A DNA stretch of 64,000 bases, from contig NC_086380.1 in assembly GCF_036588685.1 (NCBI RefSeq), forward strand, positions 70,184,001 through 70,248,000, given 5' to 3'. Position 1 is the stretch's first letter; each line of letters begins with the position of its first letter. Made by a program: the position numbers and the translations under genes. The DNA is from Mytilus trossulus. Its lineage: Eukaryota. A model generated the notes under the pieces. It worked only from the letters and a program-made list of their open reading frames with translations, ran no database searches and had not been told where the DNA came from. Shown one piece after another: positions 12,401 through 25,300 of the stretch.

Positions 12401-15400
12401 AAAAGTATCGCTAGAAACTAAGGAGGCACGTTGCATTGCTAAGGAAATTGACATCGTCGTCATAGGTAAAATAGCGATAAACAGATTATCATTGGTCATC
12501 TCAACTCGATTGATTTTCTCGCTTTCGCCGTACCGGCTCAAGCGAGAAAACTAGTCAATCTCGTTGAGATGATCAACAATAATCTATAAATATAACAATA
12601 AGGTATATGATTTGTTTTCTTAGTTTATAGACATGGACTACTCACGAGGGTCTCGCATGGTCAGCAATGAGAGATTTATATAATTAAGTAGTGCCCTATC
12701 AGCATTAAAGAATATATTACTTCAGGAATAGATAACCGTAGCTTTATTTGACAAAACTTTTAGGAATGTTGGTCCTCAATGCTCTTCAACTTTTTACTTT
12801 ATTTGTACTTATTTTTATTACTTTTTGGGATTCGAGCGTCACTGACGAATCTTTTGTAGACGAAACGCGAGTCTTGTGTATAACAACAAAATTAAATCCT
12901 GGTATCTATAATAAGTTTATAATGAATTCGATTTTTCCTAATTTTTAGAAAGTAATGAAAGATACGCTAAAAGATCTATTTTCCGGTTCTCGTAAAAACT
13001 GTTGCTCTTTAATGCAGTGGCAAATATTAGAAAGCTGGAAGTTTTGTCTATATACATTTGATTAATATAAAAAAAACAAGAAGATTGGGTATGATTGCCA
13101 ATGAGACAAATCTCCACAATAACCCAAATTGACACAGAAATTAACAACTATTGGCCACCGTACGGTCTTTTACAATGAGCAAAGGCCCATACCCCATAGT
13201 AAGCTATAAAAGGCCCCGTTTGTTTGTTGTTTGATATTTACTATCATTGTTTGCTATTGTAGTGTTTTACTTGACTCTGTGTTCGAGTTGTTGTTGATTT
13301 ATAGAGTTATCTACTCTTTATGTATTCGCTAAGTGAAACGTTGTGAGGTCACCCATTAAAAGTCCGAATCAGTCCGTTTGTCTAGCACAAAAACTGGATG
13401 TGCTTATATCTCAACAATGTGTAACCGTTCAAGCTATAATATTCGCACTGGTCATTATGCAACCACCAATCAATATTTCTAGTTTACATGTCCAAATCAA
13501 AAATGAAAAAATACAATGCTTCAATCGGTTGAATCAGGAGTGGATGGGGATCTAGGGTTGGGGATTACTTTTGGGGAAAAATGATTATTGCAATATCTAT
13601 TTTGTGCCGTGTTGTACGAAAAAAAAATTAGCATTGTATTTCATTACTTATAGTTTAAAAGGTTGAGCAAAATGGTAATATCCAGGTCAGGATACACCCA
13701 GTTTACAATAGATTTAATCTAAGTAATAACGTAGTCTTGGTATGTTTTTATTCACCAAAAATTTAATTTATGGCTTGTGCATTTCAGAGAGCGAAATTTA
13801 TCTAGAAGAAAGTTTTGATGGTGAGATGAAGGAGGTAGTTAACGTTTTAATAGAGGTTGAAAAAACAGGACCATTAGAACAAAAGGTAGTTAACTAAACA
13901 GATATGTCTAGTTCCACACGTATTTTAAATGTTATTTTTGTATTTGTTTAAATTGCCTTGTTAGTATATTTGAATCACAGCCGATCGTAGAAATATATCG
14001 CACCAGTGTCAGAATTTCTTTTTCTTTTGTGATTATATAAACAATCACTTTCTTACAAATGGTTGTTCATTTTTTTGCTGATCGTCTTCAAAACAAATAT
14101 GCCCAATTTTTATCAGTGACCAGAGGATTATAGTTATCGAACCACCCGTTGATTAATTGATTGGTCTTTAACGGTCAGAGGTCTTGTCTATATTATGGTG
14201 GACAGCTTTTACTGGTGTATGAAGTCGGAGTTACAAGCTAAGGGAGATAAACTGAAGTCGGAGTTACAAGCTAAGGGAGATAAACCGACCAGCAGCAGGA
14301 AAGCTGCCCATCCACGTCAGTTAAGTCGACGCACCTGGTACGGGCTCGTTGATAATTAAATATAAAATACATAGGAAAGTATAACTTTTCTTGTTTATCC
14401 TCATTCTATTAATATTATTGAAATAAAAAAATACAGTATCGGGATCTTTTAATAATAATGATAAACAAATGTAAAAATATTTATGTGAAACAATGCTAAA
14501 ATTTGTGTCATTATAGATTTCAAATAAAAGACTAAGTAGTGAAAAGGGAATCAATCCAGACACGATAAGCGAGCACGGGTTGGCCAATACCACTGGTAAG
14601 TAATCTTTATACAAGTTATTCCTGATTTTCTGTAAAAAAGGAAGAAAACGAATTTATTTGTAAACGCAACACAAACTATATACACGTTAAAGTAATTCAG
14701 ACCAATGCAAACTCAGATTGCATTTATCTTTAATTCGCATGACTGATACATGTATCAAAAACCATTGTCACTTGATCAAATTGGTTCCGAACTTTCCCCA
14801 TTTATTCAAATATGTTTAGAAGATTTAGATGCAGTATCTATAAATCCAAAAGATATTATTTTCAAAATTCGCCTCAATGACATTTTATAATTTTATTAAC
14901 ATGTAATATTAACACTAAACAAAGACATTATATAGATATAGGAAGATGTGGTGTGAGTGCCAAAGACATTATACCTGTTTTCAAAGGCCCTTAGTCTTAC
15001 TGCCATGGCTTTATTTATCGAAATATACCTTTGAAGAACTTTCCAAAAAAGAAATAGTTGAAGATTAATATTTCAGAACATTCTTCTAAAAGAAAAGAGT
15101 GCCAGAATATCTCTGAGCAGTCTAAATTCCAAAGAATGGACAGAGGAATAGACGAAAATCACGATAAGTATTGCGAGATAAATAACACAGCAATGGATGA
15201 AAATAAAGACGAGGCTGCGCAGATAAATTACAAAGATGATCTGTTAAAGGTTGGAAATATAGTCGCCGTAAGGCCATATACCAAGAGAGATTATAAACCT
15301 GGACGACCATGGATTGCTTCACTCAAGGAGATCGGTACAAGAAATGTTAAAGTCGTATGGTTGAGTGGATCATACGATACAAAGTGGATTGAGGATCCCA

Positions 15401-15516
15401 TATATTTCCCTCATTCAATTCCACGGAAACAAGTGGAATGCAGCTTTGTTTACGACTATCAGCAACCGTTACCGGAAGTTATAATTTCCCGGTTGAAGAA
15501 AATATACAAAGACTGA
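3484..15516 (+). CDS. Uncharacterised five-exon protein (438 aa) with C-terminal Tudor/BAH/PWWP-like beta-barrel; exons 3484-3622, 11663-12223 (alternative donor 12232), 13788-13885, 14517-14595, 15077-15516
   Basis: All four introns GT-AG with pyrimidine-rich acceptors and matching phases (1,1,0,1); spliced length 1317 nt = 439 codons with no internal stop; joins ORFs 3484, 11722 and 15058 of the track. Linking exon 1 across 8 kb is the weakest part. Confidence 0.7.
3853..3985. mobile_element. 133-bp foldback MITE with 9-bp TSD (MULE- or Academ-type)
   Basis: Almost entirely palindromic (TAGTCCAAATGATTATGAC...GTCATAATTATTTGGACTA); CGTCATGGC duplicated at 3844-3852 and 3986-3994. Confidence 0.85.
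4249..4530. mobile_element. Probable PIF/Harbinger-type MITE
   Basis: Imperfect TIR TGCTGAGTTCACACG / CGTGTGAACGAGGCA, TCA/TAA flanks, many internal AATTCGAATT palindromes. Confidence 0.55.
4908..7700. mobile_element. 2.8-kb Mutator-like (MULE/foldback) non-autonomous element
   Basis: Long TIRs (~4908-5170 and ~7485-7700) starting GGCATACTGTAAAACATGG and built of ATGGT/ACCAT pentamers; 9-bp TSD AAAGATTTG at 4899-4907 and 7701-7709. Confidence 0.9.
8410..8960. repeat. Two oppositely oriented copies of an interspersed repeat (AAAATTGAGAATGGAAATGG... family; also ~1410-1520)
   Basis: ~8410-8550 is the reverse complement of the motif series seen at ~8750-8960 and 1410-1520. Confidence 0.6.
9148..9606 (+). 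mobile_element. Helentron-associated non-autonomous element (HINE/DINE-1-like)
   Basis: 5' TTTTTATGCCCC subterminal repeat with nearby inverted GGGCAT, (GTCC/GTTC)n microsatellite, two ~169-bp internal tandem units (9245, 9414), 3' GGGGCAT + short hairpin (GTGT..ACAC) + CTTGTT end. Confidence 0.8.
9605..10382 (+). mobile_element. Second HINE-like element abutting the first
   Basis: 5' TTATAC..GCAAAA / TTTGCGTCGTATAA inverted motif; 3' GCGGTCGTATAA + GC-rich hairpin + CTGGTT end. Confidence 0.6.
10828..11110 (+). repeat. High-copy interspersed repeat (GATGTGGTATGATTGCCAATGAGACA... family); other copies ~13078-13218 (+), ~18410-18560 (-), ~30320-30430 (+), ~50750-50945 (+), ~60575-60868 (-)
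   Basis: Shared motifs ATTGCCAATGAGACA, TACGGCCTTCAACA, CAGCTATAAAAGGCCCC, GGCTCCTGACTTGGGACAGGCACA recur across the window. Confidence 0.8.
12327..12589 (+). mobile_element. ~270-bp TSD-less hairpin element, copy 1
   Basis: TTATCGCTATTTT...AAAATAGCGATAA internal inverted repeat followed by a ~105-nt 3' hairpin; closely similar copies at 30438-30704 and 38345-38619. Confidence 0.85.
12724..12915 (+). repeat. Hammerhead-ribozyme-bearing repeat fragment (core at ~12835-12879 partly degenerate)
   Basis: GCGTCA-CTGACGA-ATCTTTTGTAGAC-GAAAC-GCGA-GTC; core retained but stems I/II mismatched; flanks homologous to 31332-31648. Confidence 0.65.
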
Positions 15517-16584
15517 ACAAACGCAGATGTTGAGATGCATGAGACTTTTATTTTTACTACTTTTATATAAAATGTATTCAAAGTTAAAAAAATTGCTTGT
15601 TTTCTTTACTCGAAAAATTTGAATGTTCTTTTCTTTACCTCAGTTGGTTCTTTTTTGTTACATTTAACTATTGACATTGTAATCATGAACATTGTCTGAA
15701 ACCAAACGGAAGCCTTTTTATGCGTTTATTGGTATGACGTTGTCGTCGTTGTCTAAAGCCAATGTGTTTCCAGAAAATAACTTGAATATTAATGCATTGA
15801 ACTCTTTTGAAATATAATACTATAATGTTCCAGTTAAAAAAAGGAAGTTTTGAATTGTTTTCTGGGGTTATGGTCATAGCCCTAGAGAAAACACAGGGAA
15901 CAAAACATACCTTATTTCTTAACGTTTTATGTTTTTTTTTATCATTTTCAATGGGGTTTAATATAAAATATAAAATATAAAAGATTTTGAGCCCGGTTTT
16001 TTTATTTGGTCCGCATTGGTTTATAGCCCTTCGTATGAATTAAACAGACGTGCCGTTTCAATTAAAGCACACAAAAGGAAATTGGTGTTGTTGTTGTTTT
16101 TTTTTAATTTATTTCTAACTATTTTAACGGATCTGAGATTCTACACAAACAAACAATTAACCTCACCCTTTTTTCAGTAATGCATTAATGAGTGAATCGT
16201 TGTTTAAGTAAAGGCCAGTGGCAAATATTTCTGTCAGTGTGTACGTCCAGTCGATTCGGGAAGACCTTTTCAAATGAAGTATGTGTTCGACAATGATGAT
16301 GGACGAGTCTTGTCTGTCTTGCTAAGGGGTTAATAAGGCTACGTACAGTGTTTTTGAAACAAATAAATATATCAAGTTTAGACAAATAGAGAACTTTATT
16401 AATAAGTGTTTTAGGCATCAATTTTATATAAAAATCGCTTCTTTTTTAAATATACATGGGAAAATAAGAGTTCTGAATGCCTAGTTTTGTGTACACATAA
16501 CCTACACAAGGCCTACATCGACTACAGCTATCGACTGCATGTAGACAAAACATGATCTTCACTACATGTAAACATTGAGTTTTA

Positions 16585-18059
16585 GGCCGTGTTCACACCA
16601 AACACCGTGTACAGTAAACATGTTTACAATTAGTTTAACGTAATGGACACTGGTTTCACATTACATTTGTTCACATCTATACATCTTGTTTAGCTACCTG
16701 TACATAAGTTTTGTTCACACTTGTAAACTATATGTCATTTAAATGTTCATTACGTAGAACAGAATTCAAAGTTTTCTGACAACTTTTCTGGCAGAAAGGG
16801 AACGACCATTTGACTTCAAAAAAGGGGATGGAAATATTCCAATCGCCAATTTGATAAAAAAAAAAAAAGATTCTGGTCATACAGATGATAAAAAAAATAT
16901 TCTGAATCAAGAGTTTCCCGTTACATTATAGTGTTAAATATTGAAAAAAAAGATTTTGATCACCAGCATCGAACAAAAAATCGAGATAAAAACGTACGCG
17001 CGAAAAAAATTAACCCTCCCCCTTTTTGAAGTTAAGTGATTTGCTACTTTATGAAAGCCATTTTTATAATTTGCAGTAGTTTGAATATACTAGAGATGTC
17101 TCGATATACGCATTAGAAAACGTTAGCTGCAGCAGCATGCTTACAGCCGAAAAAAAGGATTGAGATATAAGGGATAACTACATTTTTATCTTTTCTGTTT
17201 GTTTCAAATGGTATTTCTTCTCCAAGGAGTATTTGGTAAGGGAATAGGGTAACGTTTTTTTTTTTATTATTTCAAGTGTAATTTGACGGATCTGAGATAC
17301 TAGACAAACATCATTTACCTCACACTTTGTTTAGTAATGTATTTATGCGTGAATCGTTGTTTGAGTAAAGACCAGTGGCAAATATTTCTGTGTACGACAA
17401 GTCGATTCGGGAAGACCTTTTCAAATGAATCAGGCAGCAACTATTTATTTCATTTGTTTTGAATTTTTTTTTTGGGGGGAAGGGGGTATTAGGCTATAGA
17501 TTTTTTTCTACAAGTCGAAATCAGTTTTAGCATAAAATAAAGTGGCAGCTGAGGGTGAAAAAAAAAACAGGGACAAAAACTGGAAACAAATTGTTTCTCC
17601 AAAAAATAAATCCATAGCCCAACACCCCACCCCTCCCCCTCCTTTATGTTTTTATACTCAACTATAATAGCCATCCCCCCTCCCTGAAAATTAATTGGTT
17701 GCTGCCTGATGGGTTCGGCAATGGTGCTTCTTTGGGTCTTGATCAGAAATTGATAAAATTGATAAAATTTAGACAACAATTTCTGTAAAGAACTATACTA
17801 ATATTTATCAAAGCTATCAATTTTACTCAAAAATAGTTTTCTCCTTAAATATATACACTGTAAAACTAATGTCCTAAATGCATAGTTTTGTGTACACTTA
17901 ACCTACACAAGGCCTACATTGACTATCGACTGTGTGTAGATAAAACATGATTTACACTACATGTAAACATTGAGTTTAATCAATGGGAACGCAATTGTGT
18001 TTAGTTTACGTGTGAGTTACACTAACACAACACCGATTTAGGTCAATGTGAACACGGCC
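16585..18059. mobile_element. PIF/Harbinger-type non-autonomous element, rearranged
   Basis: TIR GGCCGTGTTCACA / TGTGAACACGGCC with TTA on both sides; right end duplicated in tandem (~84 bp, to ~18146). Confidence 0.6.
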
Positions 18060-19368
18060 TTAGTCAATGGGAACGTAATTATGTTTAGTTCATGTGTGAG
18101 TTACACTAACACAATACCGAGTTTAGGTCAATGTGAACAAGGCCTTAGTCTTCTATGCACGATTTTATCATTTCTAACGCAGATCGATTAAACATTTTTG
18201 TATCAACATTGAACGACAAAAATATGTGACATACATTTTCTGACGTCAGACACGCGAATCAATGAATGCGTGGATTTTAGCACGTGTATAACATGTACAT
18301 GTACAATCATATAATACTTTATTTCAATGACATATCCATGCCAGAAGCGTGTAATTCAGTGGTTATATTTATACATTTTTGTTCACTATTTTATGCATAA
18401 ATTAGACCGTTAGTTTTCTCGTTTGAAGTGTTTTACATTTGTCATTTCGGTGTGTTTTATAACTGACTATGCGGTATGGGCTTTGCTCATTGTTGAAGGC
18501 CGTACGTTGACCTATAGTTGTTCTTTTTTGTGTATTTTGGTATCTTGTGAAGAGTTTCCTAAAAAAAAAATCTTTTTGATATAAACAGCAATCAAAAATA
18601 ATCAATGGAATATAGGCTTTTGGCCTGAATAACAGAGACGAGTCCAAGGGGGTCATGGATTACAATAGAGTTACATTAAGGCTAAAGAGTATGTGTATAC
18701 AATGAACATGTAATTTATAGCCACCGTTGATAAGTGATACAGTTTCTTTTACGTGGATATATACAGATGAAAATATAATTCTTAATATTAACTGATTTGC
18801 TTTCTTCGATTATGTTTTTTTTAATTATACTTAAGGTATAAATATTATGCTTAATTTCCTCGAACATTTGCAGTCTTTCTACTCTGGTGCCTATATCTAA
18901 CTAAGTGCTCGGTTTTGTTACATAAAACAGTTTTATACAAATGATATAAATATTTAGGATTCAGAAACAAGCAATTTGCTTTTACAAATCTGTCACATAT
19001 CTGTTGACATATTTGTTTATTGTTAAAGAGATTAAGATTCTAACACAATCTTGACTGCTGTACCCCTATTTTTGACATGTTTGCCTTTTACGTCTGTTTG
19101 ATTTGTTCACAGATTGTATATATAGTGTTAAAGATTGTATATTGCCGTCTTAATCATTGTGTTGATGGGAGGCTGACTCATTGATAAAAACTCCATATCA
19201 AAATTTTTCCAATATATTACTGAAAACTACGGAAAACAAATTTCTGAATTCATATTTCCTGATATATTTCTACAATAACAATAGGTTAGATTTTTTCAAA
19301 TAAACATTTTCTTCACACCATTTCTGGAAAAAAATTTACAAAAAATATCGTTAAAGAAATTATTATTT

Positions 19369-22300
19369 TTAATAAACACAAAGGAATCTGAGGAACGGCG
19401 TTATTTCGGAATCAAAAACATCATTATATGAATCAAAGTACATAAGAGGATTATCGGACGTGATCTTTATCAGCCCCGAACATTCCTTATACGTTGATTT
19501 TGATACCAGACAGCTAGGTTGACACATTACACCGTTTGAGTCGTACACCCTAACGTATGCTTTTGTTTCAACAGATATTGGCTTCTCGAAGGCAATAAGC
19601 GCAATAGATTCAGAGGAACGAGTGCGCTCATCTATAGAAATGTAGTCCAAATGTCTACCGCTATAGGAAAATCCATCAGTTTGAAATGTAATGTTAAATG
19701 TTCTTTTGTTTATAATTTCATTTCCTAAGTTTCGATTTCTCTTGTGTTTGCTTATGATTATTATTGGGGTGGTTGCAAAATTGTCGAATTTATATTTAGT
19801 ACTACTCAAAGAAACAAATTTTCTCATCTCTTGTCTCAGGCGAAGATTTATATCAAATCCAATTTTGACATTATTGCCTGTTAAACTAAAATCAACAGAT
19901 CTGCGACCCCTTGTTCCAGGATTATCGAAGTGCGTACTAAATCTTCTCGTAATTGTTGGCGCTTTTGAATTTCGAGTTAGTTCACTGTTCTCTTTAGCTC
20001 CGAATGCTGATATGTCTGGTAGAGATCCTAGTGCCTGTTCTATATGTGATGCAGCTACAAATCCGCCTCCTATCTGTGGGGCATCTCTATAACTTCCTTC
20101 TATTCGCGATGCATCTCCATGTCCACCGCCTATCTGTGTTGAGGCTCCCATTCCATTTCCTATCTGTGATGCCCACTCCTGTCCGCCTCCAATCTGTGTT
20201 GAAGCTCCCATTCCACCTCCTATCTGTGATGCCCACTCCTGTCCTCTTCCTGTCTGTGTTGAAGCGCCCATTCCGTCTCCTATCTGTGATGCCAACTCCT
20301 GTACGCCTCCTATCTGTGTTGAAGCTTCCAAACCGTCTCCTATCCACAAGGCACTTCTTTGTCTCCCTTCTATCCGTGATGTAACTCCGTGTCCGCCTCC
20401 TATCTGTGATACCCACTCTTGTCCTCCTCCTGTCTGTGTTGAAGCTCCCATTCCATCCCCTATCTGTGTCACATCTCCATGTCCTCCGCCTATCCAAAAG
20501 TCACTTAATTGTCTCCCTCCTATCTGTGTTGCATCTCGTATTCCGTCTCCTATATGTGATGCATCTCCATATCCTCCTCCTATCCCTAAGCCACCTCTAT
20601 GTCTCCCTCCTATCTGTGTTGAATCTCCATGTCCTCTTCCTATCCCTAGATCACCTCTATGTCTCCCTCCTTTCTGTGTTGCATCTCCATGTCCTCCTCC
20701 TATCCCTAGATCACCTCTATGTCTCCCTCCTATCTGTGTTGCATCTCCATGTCCTCCTCCTATCCCTAGATCACCTCCATGACTCCCTCCTTTCCGTGTT
20801 GCATCTCCATTTCCTCCTCCTATCCCTAAGATACCTCTATGTCTTCCTTCCATATTTGATGCATCTCCATATCCTCCTCCTATCCCTAAGCCACCTCTAT
20901 GTCTCCCTCCTATCTGTGTTGAATCTCCATGTCCTCCTCCTATCCCTAGATCACCTCCATGACTCCCTCCTTTCCGTGTTGCATCTCCATTTCCTCCTCC
21001 TATCCCTAAGATACCTCTATGTCTTCCTTCCATATTTGATGCATCTCCATATCCTCCTCCTATCCCTAAGCCACCTCTATGTCTCCCTCCTATCTGTGTT
21101 GCATCTCAATGTCCACCTTCTATCTGTGTTGTATCTCCTATTCCGTCTCCTATGTTTGATGCATCTCCATATCCTCCTCCTATCTCTAAGCCACCTCTTT
21201 GTCTCCCTCCTTTCTTTGTTGCATCTCCATGTCCTCCTCCTATCCCTAAGTCACCTATATGTGTTGCATCTCCAAGTCCGCCTCCTATCCCTAGATCACC
21301 TCTATGTCTTCCTTCTATATGTGTTGCATCTCCAAGTCCGCCTCCTATCCCTAGATCACCTCTATGTCTTCCTTCTATATGTGTTGCATCTCCAACTCCT
21401 CCTCTTATCCCTAGATCACCTCTATGTCTTCCTTCTATATGTGTTGCATCTCCAAGTCCTCCTCTTATCCCTAGATCACCTCTATGTCCACCTCCTATCT
21501 GTGTTACATCTCCAAGTCCGCCTCCAATCTGTGATGCCCACTCCTGTCTGCCTCCTATCTTGATCAATGATGAAATAGCTTGCTGACCCAAAAGTTGGTT
21601 AAGATTCATGAAAAATCTTGGAATTGTGACCCTTTTTCCCTTTTCCTTTGACGGGTACCAATTCCGAACTGTTCTAAATCCTTTAAGACCAATAAACTCA
21701 TACCGAGATCTGGAAACACATGCCTGTTTACTTATATCACAGAACAAAAAGCCATTAAATGCTCCTCCGCAGTTGTTACGACAAGTTGGGGCAGGTGCAT
21801 ATCTATAAATTTGTTTTGTAAATGAATTACTAAATCCTTGAATGTTTGTTTTTTGAGGTCTCAAATTATCCACAAGTCTATTTGGCATATGCTCTAATAT
21901 AGTAGTTGGTGGATAGTCTGTTTCTGAATTAATTCCTAATTTGGTTTGGCATTCTCTGAATTTTTCCCATAGGTAGTCTATGAAGCAGTGGTGAAGCCAG
22001 AAAATTGGGTCCATAGGACTTAAAGTTATATCTGCCATATGGCCAGTATTTCCTCCAACCCACCTGTGAACATCATCATGGTGTGACTCTAGATTGGCCT
22101 GATCACTATTTGGAGCTGTTGGTCTTAGAATTTCCCGGTGGTATCTTTTTCTAAACACTGCTTTTAACCTGTCTGGGTCAATGGGAGAGCCTTTTATTCC
22201 TAGTTCACGTCGTAACAACGTACTTGGTTTTGTTGGAGTTGACCAATATGCGAATGGACCTGTATATACAACTCCTTTTGGGTTCCCCAAAAATATTTCA

Positions 22301-25300
22301 GTAAATAAGATAGAATCCTCTTGATTGTCCATCAAAAAATCTGGTCTTGAATTCCAGTATGGAAGAGTCACTCCGCTATTATATTCCCGAAGAGCCTCCT
22401 CGAATCTGTCTCAATAGAAATGTGGATATTAAAGCGAGTCGTCAAAATTAATCAATTCAAAGAATAGAATAAGTAGGTAAAGTCACTTGCATGTATTGAT
22501 TAAGTACTGCAAAACTAAAAATTCTGCGATGTTTTCCTTATTGCGAAAATTGCGAAGAAATAGGTATCACTTTGTATGCAGCATTTAATGAAATAATCAA
22601 CATGAGTTCGCTCGCATTTTTGACAATTCTTCAAAAATGTGCATTATGAATATATCCAAATTTATATTATCATGATTAATATTATAAGTACAACATTTTA
22701 TAAATTTTATAAAAATAAAGAAAACATTAGTACACCGTGCTCAATAGTCATAATTCGATTATGCAAAACAAATCCAGGTAACAAACGGAAACTTCAACAA
22801 AAGCAAAGGGCAACATACATGGAAACGGACTGTAGATAACAACTGCTTGGTACAGGACATTTTCAGAAAATATGGGGGGGGGAGGTGTGAACCTGGTTTT
22901 ATGGCTAACCAAACCTCCAATGGTAGAAACACAATAGCGCTAAAATGAAAACACTACGTGACAGCAATACAGGACAAACAAACGTTTGAACACTCAACAC
23001 GAATATATACATAAATAAAAGATATAGTCATAGTACATAACAACATGTAAACCGCAGAAAAACAACGGACACTTCCCATGAATTTACGACAGCCCACCAT
23101 GCAGGACACCAGAAACGAATTAAAACTCAGCGTCATATGAAATGATCAACGCCACAACAAGGTACAATTTTAAAAATTCGGTTATTTTATTTATGGACAC
23201 TTAACACGAATTTTTAATTGGGAGAGAGTTTTTTATTGTGTCACTTAATTTCTTTTCTAATCATGTCGGTTTTTCTTTTAAATCAAAACTGTGTATCAAC
23301 ACAAAAAAAAATCCTGTGCGTATAGTTGCTTTAAACTTCAAATCATATATAATGAAGTAGCCAATGTTTTTTTTGTATCTTAACTGTCACATACATATAG
23401 AAAATAAAAAAAAAACAGATAACTGTAATATATATAATGCAAGATCATGTCTGACCAAACAGTAAACAGTATTATTGTTTCTTACGTAAAAATAAACTCA
23501 TCATAAGGCCACACCAATTTGATTCCTTGTTCGACGGACCCGCCCGCACCTATTTTTTTCAAAACAGAATTTTTTTTATTTTTATTATTTTCCCGCTTCC
23601 CGCATCCGGAAATGAAATCATGTCCATTTCCCGCACCGTTTTTTTGTAAATATTATAAAAAGATCTCAACATTTGTTTATAAAATCACAGTCTAGGCTTT
23701 ATATAACGATTTTAAACCTATCAGTACCCCACAACACTGTTAATATCTGCGAGAATGTTTGTTTCAGCTTGAAACCAATTTATTTCACCTGGGAGTGCTC
23801 CGATATAAATATATAACCGGACCAGTACAGAACAAAACGTTGGTTTCTTTCCCCCTAACTTATATTCCCTATAACAAAATGTTCGTTGTTAAAATAAAGT
23901 ACAAAGAACTTCTGAAGGATTTGCCTTCAACTGCAATTATAATGTATGATGACGATCATACCTGCTGCAGGTTTGCGCACCTGTCCAGGTTTATTCAGGG
24001 ACCTGTTGTTCAGCCGTTATCGTTTGTTGATGTGGTTCATTGGTATTTTCCCGTTTGGAAATATAAATTAGATCGTTGGTTTTCCTGTTCGAATTGTGTA
24101 CAATACTAAGTTGTGGTCCCTTATAGGTTGCTGGTTGGTCTGGATCAAAGCTCTGTGTACTTTGACCTATGTTTGTTATTATCAGGTTGAGAACAACCCT
24201 CCCTCAGACAAGGGCCCTGAAGGGGTCATTTTACCATGTTTACTGATGTAAAAAAGAAAATAGAAATACTAAGGATTTGTATAGTGCTACTATACAAAAC
24301 CTTTGACAACTTAGAATGTTTTTCTCAAAAAGAGGAGAAATACATCATATGTTAAACCACTTTTCTAGAAGAGGGATGGGTCCACTTACATTTTTTTTAT
24401 TTTGAATATTTAAACTGTTAAAGTAAAGGTGTTAACAAGGTTAAAGTCCAGGAATATTACAAAATTTTTGGACATGTTTTGACCATTTAATACCAAATAT
24501 TATAGTTCTTTGGGAAAATATTAGCCCTTTTGTACTTGAAGTTTTTTTACAAAAAAAAATATATTATAAATTATACATGTTATATGACCCCTCATAAAAG
24601 GGATATTCATTACATTAAAAGGGTTGTTCTGAACCTAATTATGACTTGGATGGAGAATTGTCCTATTGTCAGTCACACATACATAGACCAGATTTAATTA
24701 TTCAATTATTTCTTGTTGAATGGAAGGGAAAAAATATTTCATAAATTAAAGAAATGTCAAGGTACAAGTGATAAATCAAGTTTTAATATAGTCAAAACCT
24801 ACTATTTCATATTAACAAAAAAAATTATAATCGCTCGCCTTTACTTTTTAAGCTTCGCCTCAAAAATTTGCAAATTAAATATTTTTTTATTAAAATTTTC
24901 AAATCGCTCGCTCGCCCCAATTTTTGAAGTCCAAAAATCCGTAGAACAAGAAATTAAATTGGTGTGGCCTAAGTGTAATCAGTACTTAAACCATATAGAA
25001 AGCCAATGGGGTCAAAATTCTTAATTCGTAACTTGTCAATTTGTAACGTGTAGTTGTGTACTTTCATAATTCGTAATGCGTGAATTGTCAGTTTGTAACT
25101 TGTATATTTGTAATTTCAAAATTGTTAATTCGTAAGTTGTCAATTTGTACATTGTAACTGTGTGATTTCGACATTCTTTATCAGTAAATTGTCAATATTT
25201 GTATTGATGTTTGTAACGTGTAACTTGTCGACTCGTGAAATGTCTATGTGTGAAATGTCAATGTGTTAAATGTTGTCGTTGTACTATGCTAACGATCATT

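Noticed and set aside
14219-14285. 33-bp direct tandem duplication in an intron
   Set aside because: Ordinary slippage event with no sign of function
20004-21586. Long Leu-rich (385 aa) and Pro-rich (144 aa) + strand ORFs, and an Arg-rich alternative-frame ORF
   Set aside because: Shadow frames of the tyrosinase coding minisatellite; stop-free because of repeat composition
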